Part shown: one piece after another, positions 1 through 12,953 of the stretch
Position numbering within the stretch: the stretch's first letter is position 1
How the letters are laid out: every line of letters begins with the position of its first letter
NCBI RefSeq assembly: GCF_032444005.1
Contig: NC_091282.1
Span: 519,250,001 to 519,314,000 of the forward strand
From: Ranitomeya imitator
Lineage: Eukaryota
Reading direction: 5' to 3'
DNA: 64,000 nucleotides
Notes under the pieces: generated by a model
What the model saw: the letters and a program-made list of their open reading frames with translations, nothing else
Told to the model about the DNA's origin: nothing
The model's database searches: none
Position numbers and translations under genes: made by a program

Positions 1-95
1 CTCTCCAAGGTGTTTGGAAAAACCTAGAAGAATTGATGTTTTGAAGGCAAAAGGATGATCACATTAAATATTGATGTGACTAAGATTTCTCTCTT
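1..95 (+). mobile_element. Degenerate 3' fragment of a Tc1/mariner element
   Basis: GAAGGCAAAAGGATGATCACATTAAATATTGATGTGACTAAGATTTCTC resembles the Tc1 transposase end (AKGGHTKY* type). A similar piece lies at about 4680-4760. Confidence 0.45.
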
Positions 96-118
96 GGTAT
101 TATTATTATTATTATACA

Positions 119-1338
119 CTAGATGGTGGCCCGATTCTAACGCATTGGGTATTCTAGAATATGTATATACTGTATGTATATAGCAGCCACATAGTATATA
201 GCACAGGCCACGTAGTATATAGGAGCCATGTAGTATATAGCAGACAAATACTATGTGGCCTGTGCTATATACATGTGGCTGCTATATACATACATATTGT
301 AGAATACCCAATGCGTTAATACAGGCCACGCAATATATAACAGTGGCCACGCAGTATATAACACAGCCCACGCAGTATATAATACAGCCCACGTAGTACA
401 TAACACTGCCCACACAGTATATAGCAGCCACGTAGTATATAACACTGCCCACACAGTATATAGCAGCCACGTAGTATATAACACTGCCCACACAGTATAT
501 AGCAGCCACGTAGTATATAACACTGCCCACACAGTATATAGCAGCCACGTAGTATATAACACTGCCCACACAGTATATAGCAGCCACGTAGTATATAGCA
601 CAGGCCACGTAGTATATAGGAGCCATGTAGTATATAGCAAATACTATGTGGCCTGTGCTATATACATTTGGCTGCTATATACATACATATTGTAGAATAC
701 CCAATGCGTTAATACAGGCCACGCAATATATAACAGTGGCCACGCAGTATATAACACAGCCCACGCAGTATATAGCAGCCATGTAGTACATAACACTGCC
801 CACACAGTATATAGCAGCCACGTAGTATATAACACTGCCCACACAGTATATAGCAGCCACGTAGTGGCTAAGTCTTCTGTGTAATTTCGCAATGCATCGC
901 CGGGAACGGAAGATGGCGGCAGGCGCGTGCGGCTCGGCGGACTGAGGGTGAGAATAGCAGGTTTTTTGTTTTTCTATTATTTTTAACATTACATTTTTTT
1001 TACTATTGATGCCGCCTAGGCAGCATCAATAGTAAAAAGTTGGGGACACACAGGGTTAATAGCAGCAGTTACGGAGTGCGTTACCCGCGGCATAACGTGG
1101 TCCGTTACCTGTGTTAGCGGTGGCTGGAGGGGAGTATGCGGGCGCTGGGCAGTGACTGCGGGGAGTAAGGAGCGGCCATTTTCTTCTGGACTGTGCCTGT
1201 CGCTGATTGGTTGCGGCAAAACAGCCACGACCAATCAGCGACTTGGATTTCCATGACCGACAGAGGCCGCGACCAATGAATATCCGTGACAGACAGACAG
1301 AAGGAAAGACGGAAGTGACCCTTAGACAATTATATAGA
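119..1338 (-). mobile_element. Non-autonomous Helitron, about 1.2 kb
   Basis: On the minus strand it starts TC (TCTATATAATTGTCTAAGGG, 1338 downward) and ends CTAG (119-122), preceded by the hairpin CCCGAT...ATTGGG (130-149). It sits between A118 and T1339 with no TSD and has no Rep/helicase ORF. Confidence 0.85.
320..866. repeat. 39-bp minisatellite inside the Helitron
   Basis: The unit CACACAGTATATAGCAGCCACGTAGTATATAACACTGCC is repeated and lies within a duplication of about 390 bp (starts at 246 and 639). It explains the 13-aa periodic ORFs at 251-989. Confidence 0.9.
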
Positions 1339-1869
1339 TTTTTATAGCGCCATTTATTCCATGGCGCTTCACATGTGAAAAGGGGGCAAATATGGACAAA
1401 TACAATTAAACATGAGCAAAAAACAAGGCACACAGGTAGATAAGGACTTCATTTTGCATTTTATTATTTGGTAAAAATAAACTATTAATTCTTCCATTTC
1501 TGAAAGAATTCTCTTTTCAGCATTTTTGCACCCAGCCTAAACCATTTGGGCTGCACTGGATGTGTCGCCCACCCTAGCCCGTTCACAACATAGGCCGCGT
1601 ATATAGACTTCATACGGCGTGTCTCCCCCTTTGATGCGGGGTCTGGCGCTGAGCACTCATCTTTTCCGGAACATGACAGTTGATCTTGTCAGTTGTCCTA
1701 TGTCCCTAACAGCCGTGGGTGGAATCTCTGACAATTTGTCCCGCAAAAGACAAGCCCTCACATGGCCATATTGAGGGAAAAATGGGGAGAGAAAAACGAA
1801 AACCGGATAATGGCCCGGGGGTGAAGGGGTTAGTCACTTTTGTGAGAGTGGGATGTGTAAGTGTCTACC

Positions 1870-3150
1870 ACTCCCAGGGACGGTGGTCTCATCCGCGCAG
1901 CAGTCGGACCCCACGGTCACGACCTCTGCTGTGTACGGAGGGTACGATGCACTGTGCAGGCATTCCCCATGAGGACAGCCGAGTCCCGGGACCACAGTGC
2001 CTCTAGCCCAGCGGTATCCGCCACCGGAGGACTGTGGGGATGAGCGACCTCTGACCCTGGCCGTGACCCCAGCCTGTGTGCCGTCCTCTCCAGCAGGGGC
2101 GCATCCCCGGGTATACAGGCAGGTGGATGGCTGGTCACCAGGGCTGCCCGCGATAGGTGGGTGTCCCCGGGTGACCACGGCTGGCGGAGGCGGGCTCGCG
2201 TGCTGAGGGGAGTGGTGTGGACACGGGAGAGGCGGGGACTTGAAGCGTAGCCACGCCCACCAGCGAAGCAAGAGGTGAGCTGTGATCCGGCGGCCGCACA
2301 AGCCGGAGGAGCTGTCAGCAGCAGGAGCCCGGCAGTGGCGGAGCAGCGCAACAAGTGGCAAGTCCCTGCACTCATGTCCGTGGCCGGGTGCATGGCAAGG
2401 AGCCCGAGCAGCCACCGGTGCCCGCTGTCCCGGCACTGAGCCCATGTGCACACCTCCAAACTTGTCCCATGTGAGCGGTGGACGGGGAGATCGCACCCTG
2501 CACGGCGCCGGCCATGGCCAAATGGCTCAATAAGTACTTCAGCCTGGGCAACAACAATAACAACAAGAGCCCCCCGCAGCCCCCCAGACCCGACTACAAG
2601 CGGAACGGCGGCAGCGAGCGCTCCGTGCACCTGCAGCAGCAGTACCACCACCACACGTCCCCGCTGCCTGCCCGGGACGAGAGCGACCTCATCAGAGCCT
2701 ACCGGGCACAGAAGGAGCGCGACTTCGAGGACCCGTACAGCGGCCCCGGCTCGTCCCTCCGCAAGCTGCGGGCCATGTGCGGGGAGGAGCAGGCGGACGG
2801 CCGGAGGGGCAGGGCGCCGGGGTGCAGCAGCAGCAGCAGCCTCTTCCAGGAGCCCGGCTCCAGCACCAACACCACGTCCTCGTCCTCCTCCTCGTCCTCC
2901 TCCCCGCACCTGTACCGCAGCAACAGCGAGAGGAGGCCGCCCGGAGCCCGCCACCAGCCGCTGCCCGGGGCCGCCGAGCTCAAGTACATCGTGTCACCCA
3001 AGCACCGGCTCATCAAGATCGACGGCTGCAGCTGGGGCGACACCGCGGCCACCGGCTCGGCCGGCATCTCCTGGAGCCCGGCCGTCACTGCAGGCATGAG
3101 CAAGGGCGAGGAGCTGGGCACCTGTGCCAAGAAGGACAAGGTAAGATGCC
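1870..3150 (+). promoter_or_regulatory. CpG island / putative SHB promoter and 5' leader
   Basis: GC- and CpG-rich block covering the first coding exon, with GC-box-like AGGCGGGG at 2230-2237. The TSS cannot be determined from sequence. Confidence 0.65.
2514..3140 (+). CDS. shb: SH2 domain-containing adapter protein B, coding exon 1 (209 codons)
   Basis: Strong Kozak context (GCCGGCCATGG). The translation contains MAKWLNKYFSLGN, KSPPQPPRPDY, SDLIRAYRAQKERDFEDPY, GPGSSLRKLRAMC, SSPHLYRS, SPKHRLIK and KKDK, matching vertebrate SHB as I recall it. Phase-0 donor GTAAGA at 3141. Confidence 0.95.
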
Positions 3151-3179
3151 GGCCACTGTGGCCTGGCTGCACCTCCCCA

Positions 3180-4560
3180 TGTCATGTGCCAGGCACTGTG
3201 CCATCTGTGACAGCCACATGTCACCTGTGTATGGTCTGTGCCAGCCACATGTGACCTGTGTACAGTAGGTGCCAGCTACGTGTCATGTGTGTAGTCTGTG
3301 CCATCAGTGCCAGCCACATGTGTGACCTGTGTGCGGTCTGTGCCATCAGTGCCAGCCACATGTGTGACCTGTGTACGGTCTGTGCCATCAGTGCCAGCCA
3401 CATGTGTGACCTGTGTGCGGTCTGTGCCATCAGTGCCAGCCACATGTGTGACCTGTGTACGGTCTGTGCCATCAGTGCCAGCCACATGTGTGACCTGTGT
3501 GCGGTCTGTGCCATCAGTGCCAGCCACATGTGTGACCTGTGTGCGGTCTGTGCCATCAGTGCCAGCCACATGTGTGACCTGTGTACGGTCTGTGCCATCT
3601 GTGACAGCCACATGTCACCTGTGTATGGTCTGTGCCAGCCACATGTGACCTGTGTACAGTAGGTGCCAGCTACGTGTCATGTGTGTAGTCTGTGCCATCA
3701 GTGCCAGCCACATGTGTGACCTGTGTGCGGTCTGTGCCATCAGTGCCAGCCACATGTGTGACCTGTGTGCGGTCTGTGCCATCAGTGTCAGCCACATGTG
3801 ACCTGTGTACAGTAGGTGCCAGCTACGTGTCATGTGTGTAGTCTGTGCCATCAGTGTCAGCCACATGTGTGACCTGTGTACGGTCTGTGCCATCAGTGTC
3901 AGCCACATGTGACCTGTGTGTACAGTCTATGCCATCTGTGCCAGCACGTGTGACCTGTGTGTACAGCCTGTGCCAGCGGTGTCAACCACATGTGTCACCT
4001 GTGTACGGCCTGTGCCATCGGTGCCAGCACATGTGTGACCTGTGTGTACAGCCTGTGCCAGCGGTGTCAACCACATGTGTCACCTGTGTACGGCCTGTGC
4101 CATCGGTGCCAGCACATGTGTGACCTGTGTGTACAGCCTGTGCCAGCGGTGTCAACCACATGTCACCTGTGTACGGCCTGTGCCATCGGTGCCAGCACAT
4201 GTGTGACCTGTGTGTACAGCCTGTGCCAGCGGTGTCAACCACATGTGTCACCTGTGTACGGCCTGTGCCATCGGTGCCAGCACATGTGTGACCTGTGTGT
4301 ACGGCCTGTGCCAGCGGTGTCAACCACATGTGTCACCTGTGTACGGCCTGTGCCATCGGTGCCAGCACATGTGTGATCTGTGTGTACGGCCTGTGCCATA
4401 CGTGTCACATGTGTAGTCTGTGCCATCAGTGCCAGCCACATGTGACATGTATATAAATGGATACAGTGTATGCCATCACTGCCAGAGATGTGTGTACAGT
4501 CTATGCCATCAATGTCAGCCACATGTGTGTACAGTCTGTGCCATGTGTGACGTGTACACC
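3180..4560. repeat. 42-bp minisatellite grading into an 85-bp dimeric unit
   Basis: Unit TCTGTGCCATCAGTGCCAGCCACATGTGTGACCTGTGTGCGG (starts at 3295, 3337, ...). From about 3967 the period is 85 bp. It explains the Cys/Val-rich periodic ORFs. Confidence 0.9.
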
Positions 4561-5713
4561 ATATACCATGTAAACCTTTTAGGCAGGTGTGGAATATGTG
4601 CCGAGGATCATCAGCAGCATTTGTTTGGTGTAATTGGTTACTGCTGTCAATAATCCTACCTTGTGCCAGTATACAGATAGGCGGTCACGCCAAATACTGA
4701 TGTGATTTAGATTTCTCCTTTGCTCATTTTGCATTTTAATTGATAATAAACTAATAACACTGCTAATATTGAAAGCATTCTTACTGTGCAGCGGTTTTTT
4801 TTTTTTTATACCTGCCTAAAACTTATGCACAGTTCTGGATGTCACGTATGTACGGTCTGTGCCAACCCTCAAATTACCATCTTGCTCCAAATTGATCACT
4901 TGGCAGAGGGCGGTTTTGATCCATTGATGTGTTCTGGAGTTTCATGGTTGCACTGTGGTGCCAGCCAGCTATGTGTGTGCCATGTATATATTATTGTGTG
5001 CCATGTCTGTGTGTACAGTAATGTGTGTGTGTATAGCCTGCATACTGAATATACATGTGTGAACAATGTATGTGATCTACATATACAGAATATACACTAA
5101 CATATCCCTTTATACGACGTATGCTAGCACATGTGTGAATGTACTTGTCATGTGTGTAACGTGCTCAGAGCCTGCTACCCATGTGTACCATGTATAGTGC
5201 CCGTGTACATACTACGTGTCCCCTGTATGCAGACTGCTCTGGCTTTCCATGGTTGTACCTTCCTATGTGCCTGAGCAGACAGGTGGCTTTTTCTTACAGG
5301 GGCTCTGACTATTCTGGGGCATTAGATCACTATGATGACGGTGTCGCCCAGTATACAGGTGGGAGACCATAGCTGGTAGGGGGTGTCTGGTTCGCCCATC
5401 TGTAGACCTCCTTTGTACTCCTATAATCTCACATGGCAGTGACTATTTTATTGCTGTGCTGTTGTCCCATGCTGAACTGTGATTTTTCTGGCATTGTTAA
5501 CCCTTTGTAAGCTGCCTTGTTGTGTAAGTGGCTGCCTGCTCTTGTTTGCTGCACTGTTATATGGTGAGTGGGTGATATCTGACTGCCTGCAGCTGGTGTG
5601 CCCTGCAATGGTATATGTAGGTGACACATGCAGAATTAGAGGGTGCCCACTGGCATCTGTGCAGAAGGGGCAGCAGTGGGGTGGAATCTGAAAGTGCACA
5701 ATCAGAACTATTA

Positions 5714-6063
5714 AGGTATGTGCACACGTCAAGATTTCTTGCAGAAATTTTCCTGACAAAAACCTGACATTTCTGCCAGAAATCCGCATGCGTTTTTTTT
5801 GCGTTTTTGACACGTTTTTGGTGCGTTTTCCCAAATGCATAGAATAGCGGGAAAAACGCAGAAAATCCGCAAAATTAATGAACATGCTGTTTTTATTTTA
5901 CCACGATGCGGTTTTTTTTGCGGGAAAAAAACACATCATGTGCACAAAACATGCAGAATGCATTCTAAATGATGGGAGGCATAATGTATGTGTTTTTAAT
6001 GAGTTTTTATAGCGTTTTTACCGTGAAAAAAATGCGAAAAAACCTGAATGTGTGCGCACAGCC
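5714..6063. mobile_element. PIF/Harbinger-type MITE (GGTATGTGCACAC family)
   Basis: Ends AGGTATGTGCACAC ... GTGTGCGCACAGCC with TTA on both sides. A near-identical copy lies at 58276-58645. Confidence 0.8.
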
Positions 6064-9000
6064 TTAAAGTCAGTCCCCATGTCCTGTGGCATTTAGGAGA
6101 AAGATGGCATGTGGCAGTGACCTATGTAACCTGAAAATCCAGATTCCTCTAATTTGTTGCATAAGAGTAAATTCTTTCATGGTGTCAGCTTTTCTCCTAC
6201 AAACCTGTGGCCTGAATTTATGGCCAGTGATTTGAGGTGCAGCTGTGCCCATTTATCCTAGCTGCTCTTGGTGCCCTATGGCAACAAATGTTGGTTCCCA
6301 CCAGTTAGATCCTTAAGTAAAGGACACAAGCGATTATTTCTGTGCCATTGTCATAGTCTGCAGAGCATTGTCCCTAGATCTATATGTGGAGGCGGAAAAA
6401 AAGTGACGCACTTCCAATCTGTGCTGGGGCTGGACACCAGTTGTGTGGCCTTTACTAGCCGTTTGGACTTGTAATTGCATGACAATGGGAAATCCTAAAG
6501 TTGGGCAGCAGTGTTGTGTGCCTGTTTCGGTACTTGTCCTCCTTGGGTAGCGATGATTACAAGGATGTCGTCTGTATGTGCATCTATTCTATTGCAGCAG
6601 GGAAAGGGTTTATATAGTATAGTTTTTTACACTGGGTCTATGAGACATTGAATGAAAACTGTTTACTACCTGTGGCAAAGACTTTGCCCCTAATAGGAGG
6701 TGCTAGATTGAGAGCAGCTAACTGTTGATATCCTAGCACTAACCACTAATGACCACGATTAATCTTCTCAGATTTTCTAATCCATTGATTTGTCACCCGA
6801 TACGTATGGATTATCACTCACAGCTACTTACTAGTCAGATTGATCAAATATATATAATCACATGTATTTGCACGTCGCGATCTGTAGGCTGTAGGACACT
6901 TCCAAACAATGGCCAGTGAGTTTTGACCCAGAGTAGTCTATAGGAGAATGCTACACAATGGTCAGTTTGTGTTGACCTTTAGATTATAGGATAAACCCCC
7001 ACAATGGTCAGGGTTCTGGTAGATGGGAAGTTCTGCTGTCATTGTTGCCTTGTCTTGGTTTCTGGTTGACCATTGTGTGGTTGCTACAACATTGAGGCTC
7101 ATGACAGCTAGAGAGAAGAGGGCAGCCCCAGAATTAGCTCTATGCTGGCAATGACTGAGGCTTCTATACACTGCAGAGCATTATAGAGGAGGAAGGAGAT
7201 GCCATGTACACACATCCTGGATCTCTACTCCTTTCAGTTTCTGTACCTGAGGGCTGGGATTACGCTATAAATTCCTGACTCCCCCATCAGACAGATCTCC
7301 TCCAGTTTTTACTTGTGAGGCTGTGATGCAATTTTCCTTGGAATCGGCACTAGTTGGACTCTATCTCTGCCATTCTTGTAGAAAACTGCCTTCAAGGGCA
7401 GCTCCGAATTCAGCTACCTAAAGTGGTAAATGTCATACACTGGCAGGCCATATGGTGGCATACAGCAGTGATCATGGCATTAGAGCCTCTCCTATTTGGA
7501 GCTCAATGTAATGCTGTGTTCTCCAAGGAGGTACAGTAGGATGCCCAATTATGACTCCTGCCAAAAGTCTGACTGTTCTAGGTTCTTGTATCTAGGCCAT
7601 TTTGGTACTCGGGAACCCATGGATATGTGGTCCATCCTGAGGCCTGGGAACCCTGTTTTCAGATATTTAGTCCTACCATTTACTATTGTTTTTGTACATT
7701 GTCCAATGTTGTTTTAGATTCTATGATTGCCTTATCATGTCAATAATTTTTTATCACTTATTTTGATTGAGAAAACCATTTCCGACACCGAGTAAAAACA
7801 CATATTTTGGATTTTTGGAGTACTTGATGGGTACAGTCCTTGGAAAATTGTGATGCCAAGACATGTTCATTACAGCAACTCTGATAAATGTCCATCTTTA
7901 GTACTTATTTGTAATGACCATGTAGATATGTGGCCGAGCCAGTAAGATGTTCTGCAGGCAGAAGTGATGGACATGCCAATTACGGTTGGTGGTGGGATCA
8001 TCCATGGCCATAGTCTGGCAGAATGTGGTGCTCCCAGCGCAGTCAGATCCTTGTGGTTTATTACAGGGCAGGAATGTCTTGCTTCCTCCTGAAGCTCTTT
8101 ATCTTCTATTCTGCTAGGTTCCTGTATTTGCTGAGCTCTTGGGACTTTGTATACTGCTATTGTCTTGTGTACACAGGCACAGCACCACTGCTGTAAGAAT
8201 TGCTGCTGCCTGGTGCCGGCAAACCAAAATATTAGAGGGTGGGGGGCTTCTTGTGAATTCCGCTACGCTCCCAATCTGGGGGTAAATTTACCAGTCCGCA
8301 TGGTTCTGTTTATTATACTCTTTCATTACACTCGTGTGTCTATAAGGCTTGAGAAGACAGAATATTGGGATGATGCCTGTGTACATGAGCTGACAGTTCC
8401 AGCTTCTCGTACCTGGGGAGATGTGCGGAGCCCGGTGCCAAGCTTTGTGATGTATAGGAAGAATGGAGTATTATTGTCTCAGATTACATGGCTATTCAGC
8501 AATTTCCCGAAATATTGGAAAAGGAAAGTGGCATCTAGTTGCTAATGTACTGCATTGGTTTATGACCTATAAAAGACCAGCAATGCCCCAGAAGTGCCCC
8601 CCCGGCCAATCATTCAGGGAATGTTTGGATTATCTAGATTATAAAGTGACGTTCTGCTGAAAATTGCAGGATTGTAAAATTATTTTAGATTATCCACAAA
8701 TCTGCAGCTTATTTTGAGTCTCATGATTGCAGCTCTGTCCATGAAGCAAGTGTCAGATTACTGGATTGTACATTACCCAGTAATCTCCTCTATGAATGCC
8801 CCCCCCCAATATTTGCCTTATTAGAACACTTGGCTGCCGTTATCCAGACAAATCGATCAGAGAGTTGATTTATTGGAGACTATATTCTTTTTGTTCATTG
8901 GCTAGGAGATAATGTGCCTTTCACTGTCCCTGCCTCTGGCAATGCTAAACCATTTCAATACTAACCCACTTAGGTGATGGAATCTGTTACGATTTATCAC

Positions 9001-9824
9001 TCATGTCAAAACAATTGCATGACGTTGCATTTTTTTTTTTCCCTCCCCTGACATCAGGATTGTAATGTAAACTGAAATGGACATCCTGATTTAATGAAAA
9101 GCAACCAATTAAATGGTGTCTACAACTGCGGCTCTGCAAGTGATGCGGCTTGACATGAGTGGTGTCATCCAGGGTCAGCCGAAAAGGAAAAGTGACCTCA
9201 GACGGTGCAAGGAATTTGTTGTTTGCATGTTGTTGCCAGGAACAGGTTGGAAAGGAAGACGAGAGCATCAAACGGGTTTCCTGCAGTCCCATCCCGGGTG
9301 ATCTACGCTAGGCTGGGGACCCTAATCTCACCATACTAGTAGTCCAATCCACATTGAAAGTTAGGCAGCGTTCAGTCAGTCTTACAGATTCGGAATCTCT
9401 TCTTGTGGTCATTTCTTGGAAACATGAGAGTTTACACAGCGTCATCCTCAAGATGCTATTCAGTGGCTTCAAGCGGAGGTCTTGCAAAATGTATTTGCTT
9501 TACATTAAGCAATAACTGGGGCCGTTGTTAAACTACGAGCCTTTACACGTGCCCAGTTAGGGCTTTTGGAGGTCCGAGAGGAGATCCCCATTCATGTAAG
9601 AGTGGCTTTTGTTCTGGCCAACTTGGCTCATACATTCACTACAGATGTCTATTAAGACTATATTTTTCCCAGGGTAATGATAGCTGAATGCCTCATCTAG
9701 GGGCAGTTTCACATATGACATGCAATGTCCAGACCAGCCTCATACATGCTTTTGTAGTGGAGTTTGGGACAGAGACCCGCTGTCTGTACTTGGGCCGTCA
9801 ATGTCGGTGGTGGGAACCTTCTTA

Positions 9825-10128
9825 AGCCTCTTTCACACATCCGTTTTTTTTTTTAATCAGTCACAATCCATCAGTCTTGAAAAGACGGATCCTGTGCCGA
9901 TTGTAAAAAAATGACAGATCCGTTGAAGTAGTTACAGCCGGAATTTTAAGGAACAGAGAGAGATTTTCCCCTGAATGGAAATCCTTCCAGGCATGCTCAG
10001 TTTGAAAAAACATGGTCCGTCGCTGGATTCCGTTTTTAGACGGTCAGCGACGGATCCTGCATCCATTGGCTTACATTATAGCCAACGACGGACACCACTA
10101 GATCCGTTGCTAGGGGATTTTACGACCC
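9825..10128. mobile_element. Truncated Harbinger MITE related to the autonomous element
   Basis: TTA|AGCCTCTTTCACAC left end and several ACGGATCC motifs. It is cut off at the next MITE. Confidence 0.6.
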
Positions 10129-10131
10129 TTA

Positions 10132-10454
10132 TGGTATGTACACATGATGCGGATTTTGCTGCGGGTCCGCAGCAGTTTCCCATGAGTTTACAGTTCAATG
10201 TAAACCTATGGGAAACCAAAAATGCTGTGCACATACTGCGGAAAAAACCGCGGAAACGCAGCGGTTTACATTCCGCAGAATGTCCCTTTCTGCAGATTCC
10301 GCAGCGGTTTTACAGCTGCCTCTATGGAAAACCGCAGTTGTAAAACTGCAGTAAATCCGCGATAAATCTGCAGCAAAAACGTTTTTGCCCTGCAGATTTA
10401 ACAAATCTGCTGCGGTAAAATCTGCAGTGGCCAAGAATACGTGTGCACATACCC
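10132..10454. mobile_element. Harbinger-type MITE
   Basis: TTA|TGGTATGTACACAT ... GTGTGCACATACCC|TTA. Confidence 0.75.
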
Positions 10455-10928
10455 TTAAGGCGTGGGGGCGCTCAAAAAGTATGGGGGCCAACTTCAACCT
10501 CCAAATCAATAAACTTCTTCGGTCTTACACATTAGACTAAGGGTCATACAGTTGTGGCCAAAAGTATTGACACCCCTGCAATTCTGTCAGATAATACTCA
10601 TTTTCTTCCTGAAAATGATTGCAAACACAAATTCTTTGTTATTATTATCTTCATTTAATTTGTCTTAAATGAAAAAACACAAAAAGAATTGTCCTAAAGC
10701 CAAATTGGATATAATTCCACACCAAACATAAAAAAGGGGGTAGACAAAAGTATTGTCACTGTTCGAAAAATCATGTGATGCTTCTCTAATTTGTGTAATT
10801 AACAGCACCTGTAACTTACCTGTGGCACCTAACAGGTGTTGGCAATAACTAAATCACACCTGCAGCCAGTTGACATGGATTAAAGTTGACTCAACCTCTG
10901 TCCTGTCCCTGTGTGTACCACATTGAGC

Positions 10929-12680
<1,752 letters not shown>

Positions 12681-12953
12681 CATTTTTGGAGTTTTGTGTG
12701 AAATGATCAATGTTTTGCTTTTTGCTTCATTCTCTTTTGTGCTTTTTCATTTAAGACAAATGAAAAGAAGATAATGCCAAAGAATTTGTGATTGTGATCA
12801 TTTTCAGGAAGAAACTGAGTATTATCTTGACAGAATTGCAGCGGTGTCAATACTTTTGGCCACAACTGTTTCACTGCACAGGTCACTTTTTTTTTTTTTT
12901 TTTTTTTTTTTTATTGTGTGCTAAATAGGATCAGAGCTGCCATTTTTTTTAAA

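Noticed and set aside
251-989. Periodic Tyr/Val/Cys-rich ORFs
   Set aside because: These are translations of the 39-bp Helitron minisatellite.
1917-2954. 345-aa antisense ORF and other overlapping ORFs at SHB exon 1
   Set aside because: These are the expected stop-poor shadow frames of a GC-rich exon and have no recognisable domain.
3096-3116. GFP transgene or vector contamination
   Set aside because: The match stops after 20-21 nt, lies in frame within a coherent SHB exon, and no other vector sequence is seen.
3141-3254. C-terminal extension of the exon 1 ORF to 258 aa
   Set aside because: This is read-through into the intron. Homology continues in exon 2 at 61203.
3221-4522. Cys-rich metallothionein- or keratin-associated-like ORFs
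   Set aside because: These are translations of the 42/85-bp intronic minisatellite, open in several frames on both strands.
5300-5358. Cryptic 59-nt exon (TTTCTTACAG ... CAG|GTGGGA) with a Tyr/Asp-rich frame
   Set aside because: The Tyr/Asp-rich frame is incompatible with the phase-0 donor of exon 1 (it would read GGG CTC TGA), the donor is weak and there is no support.
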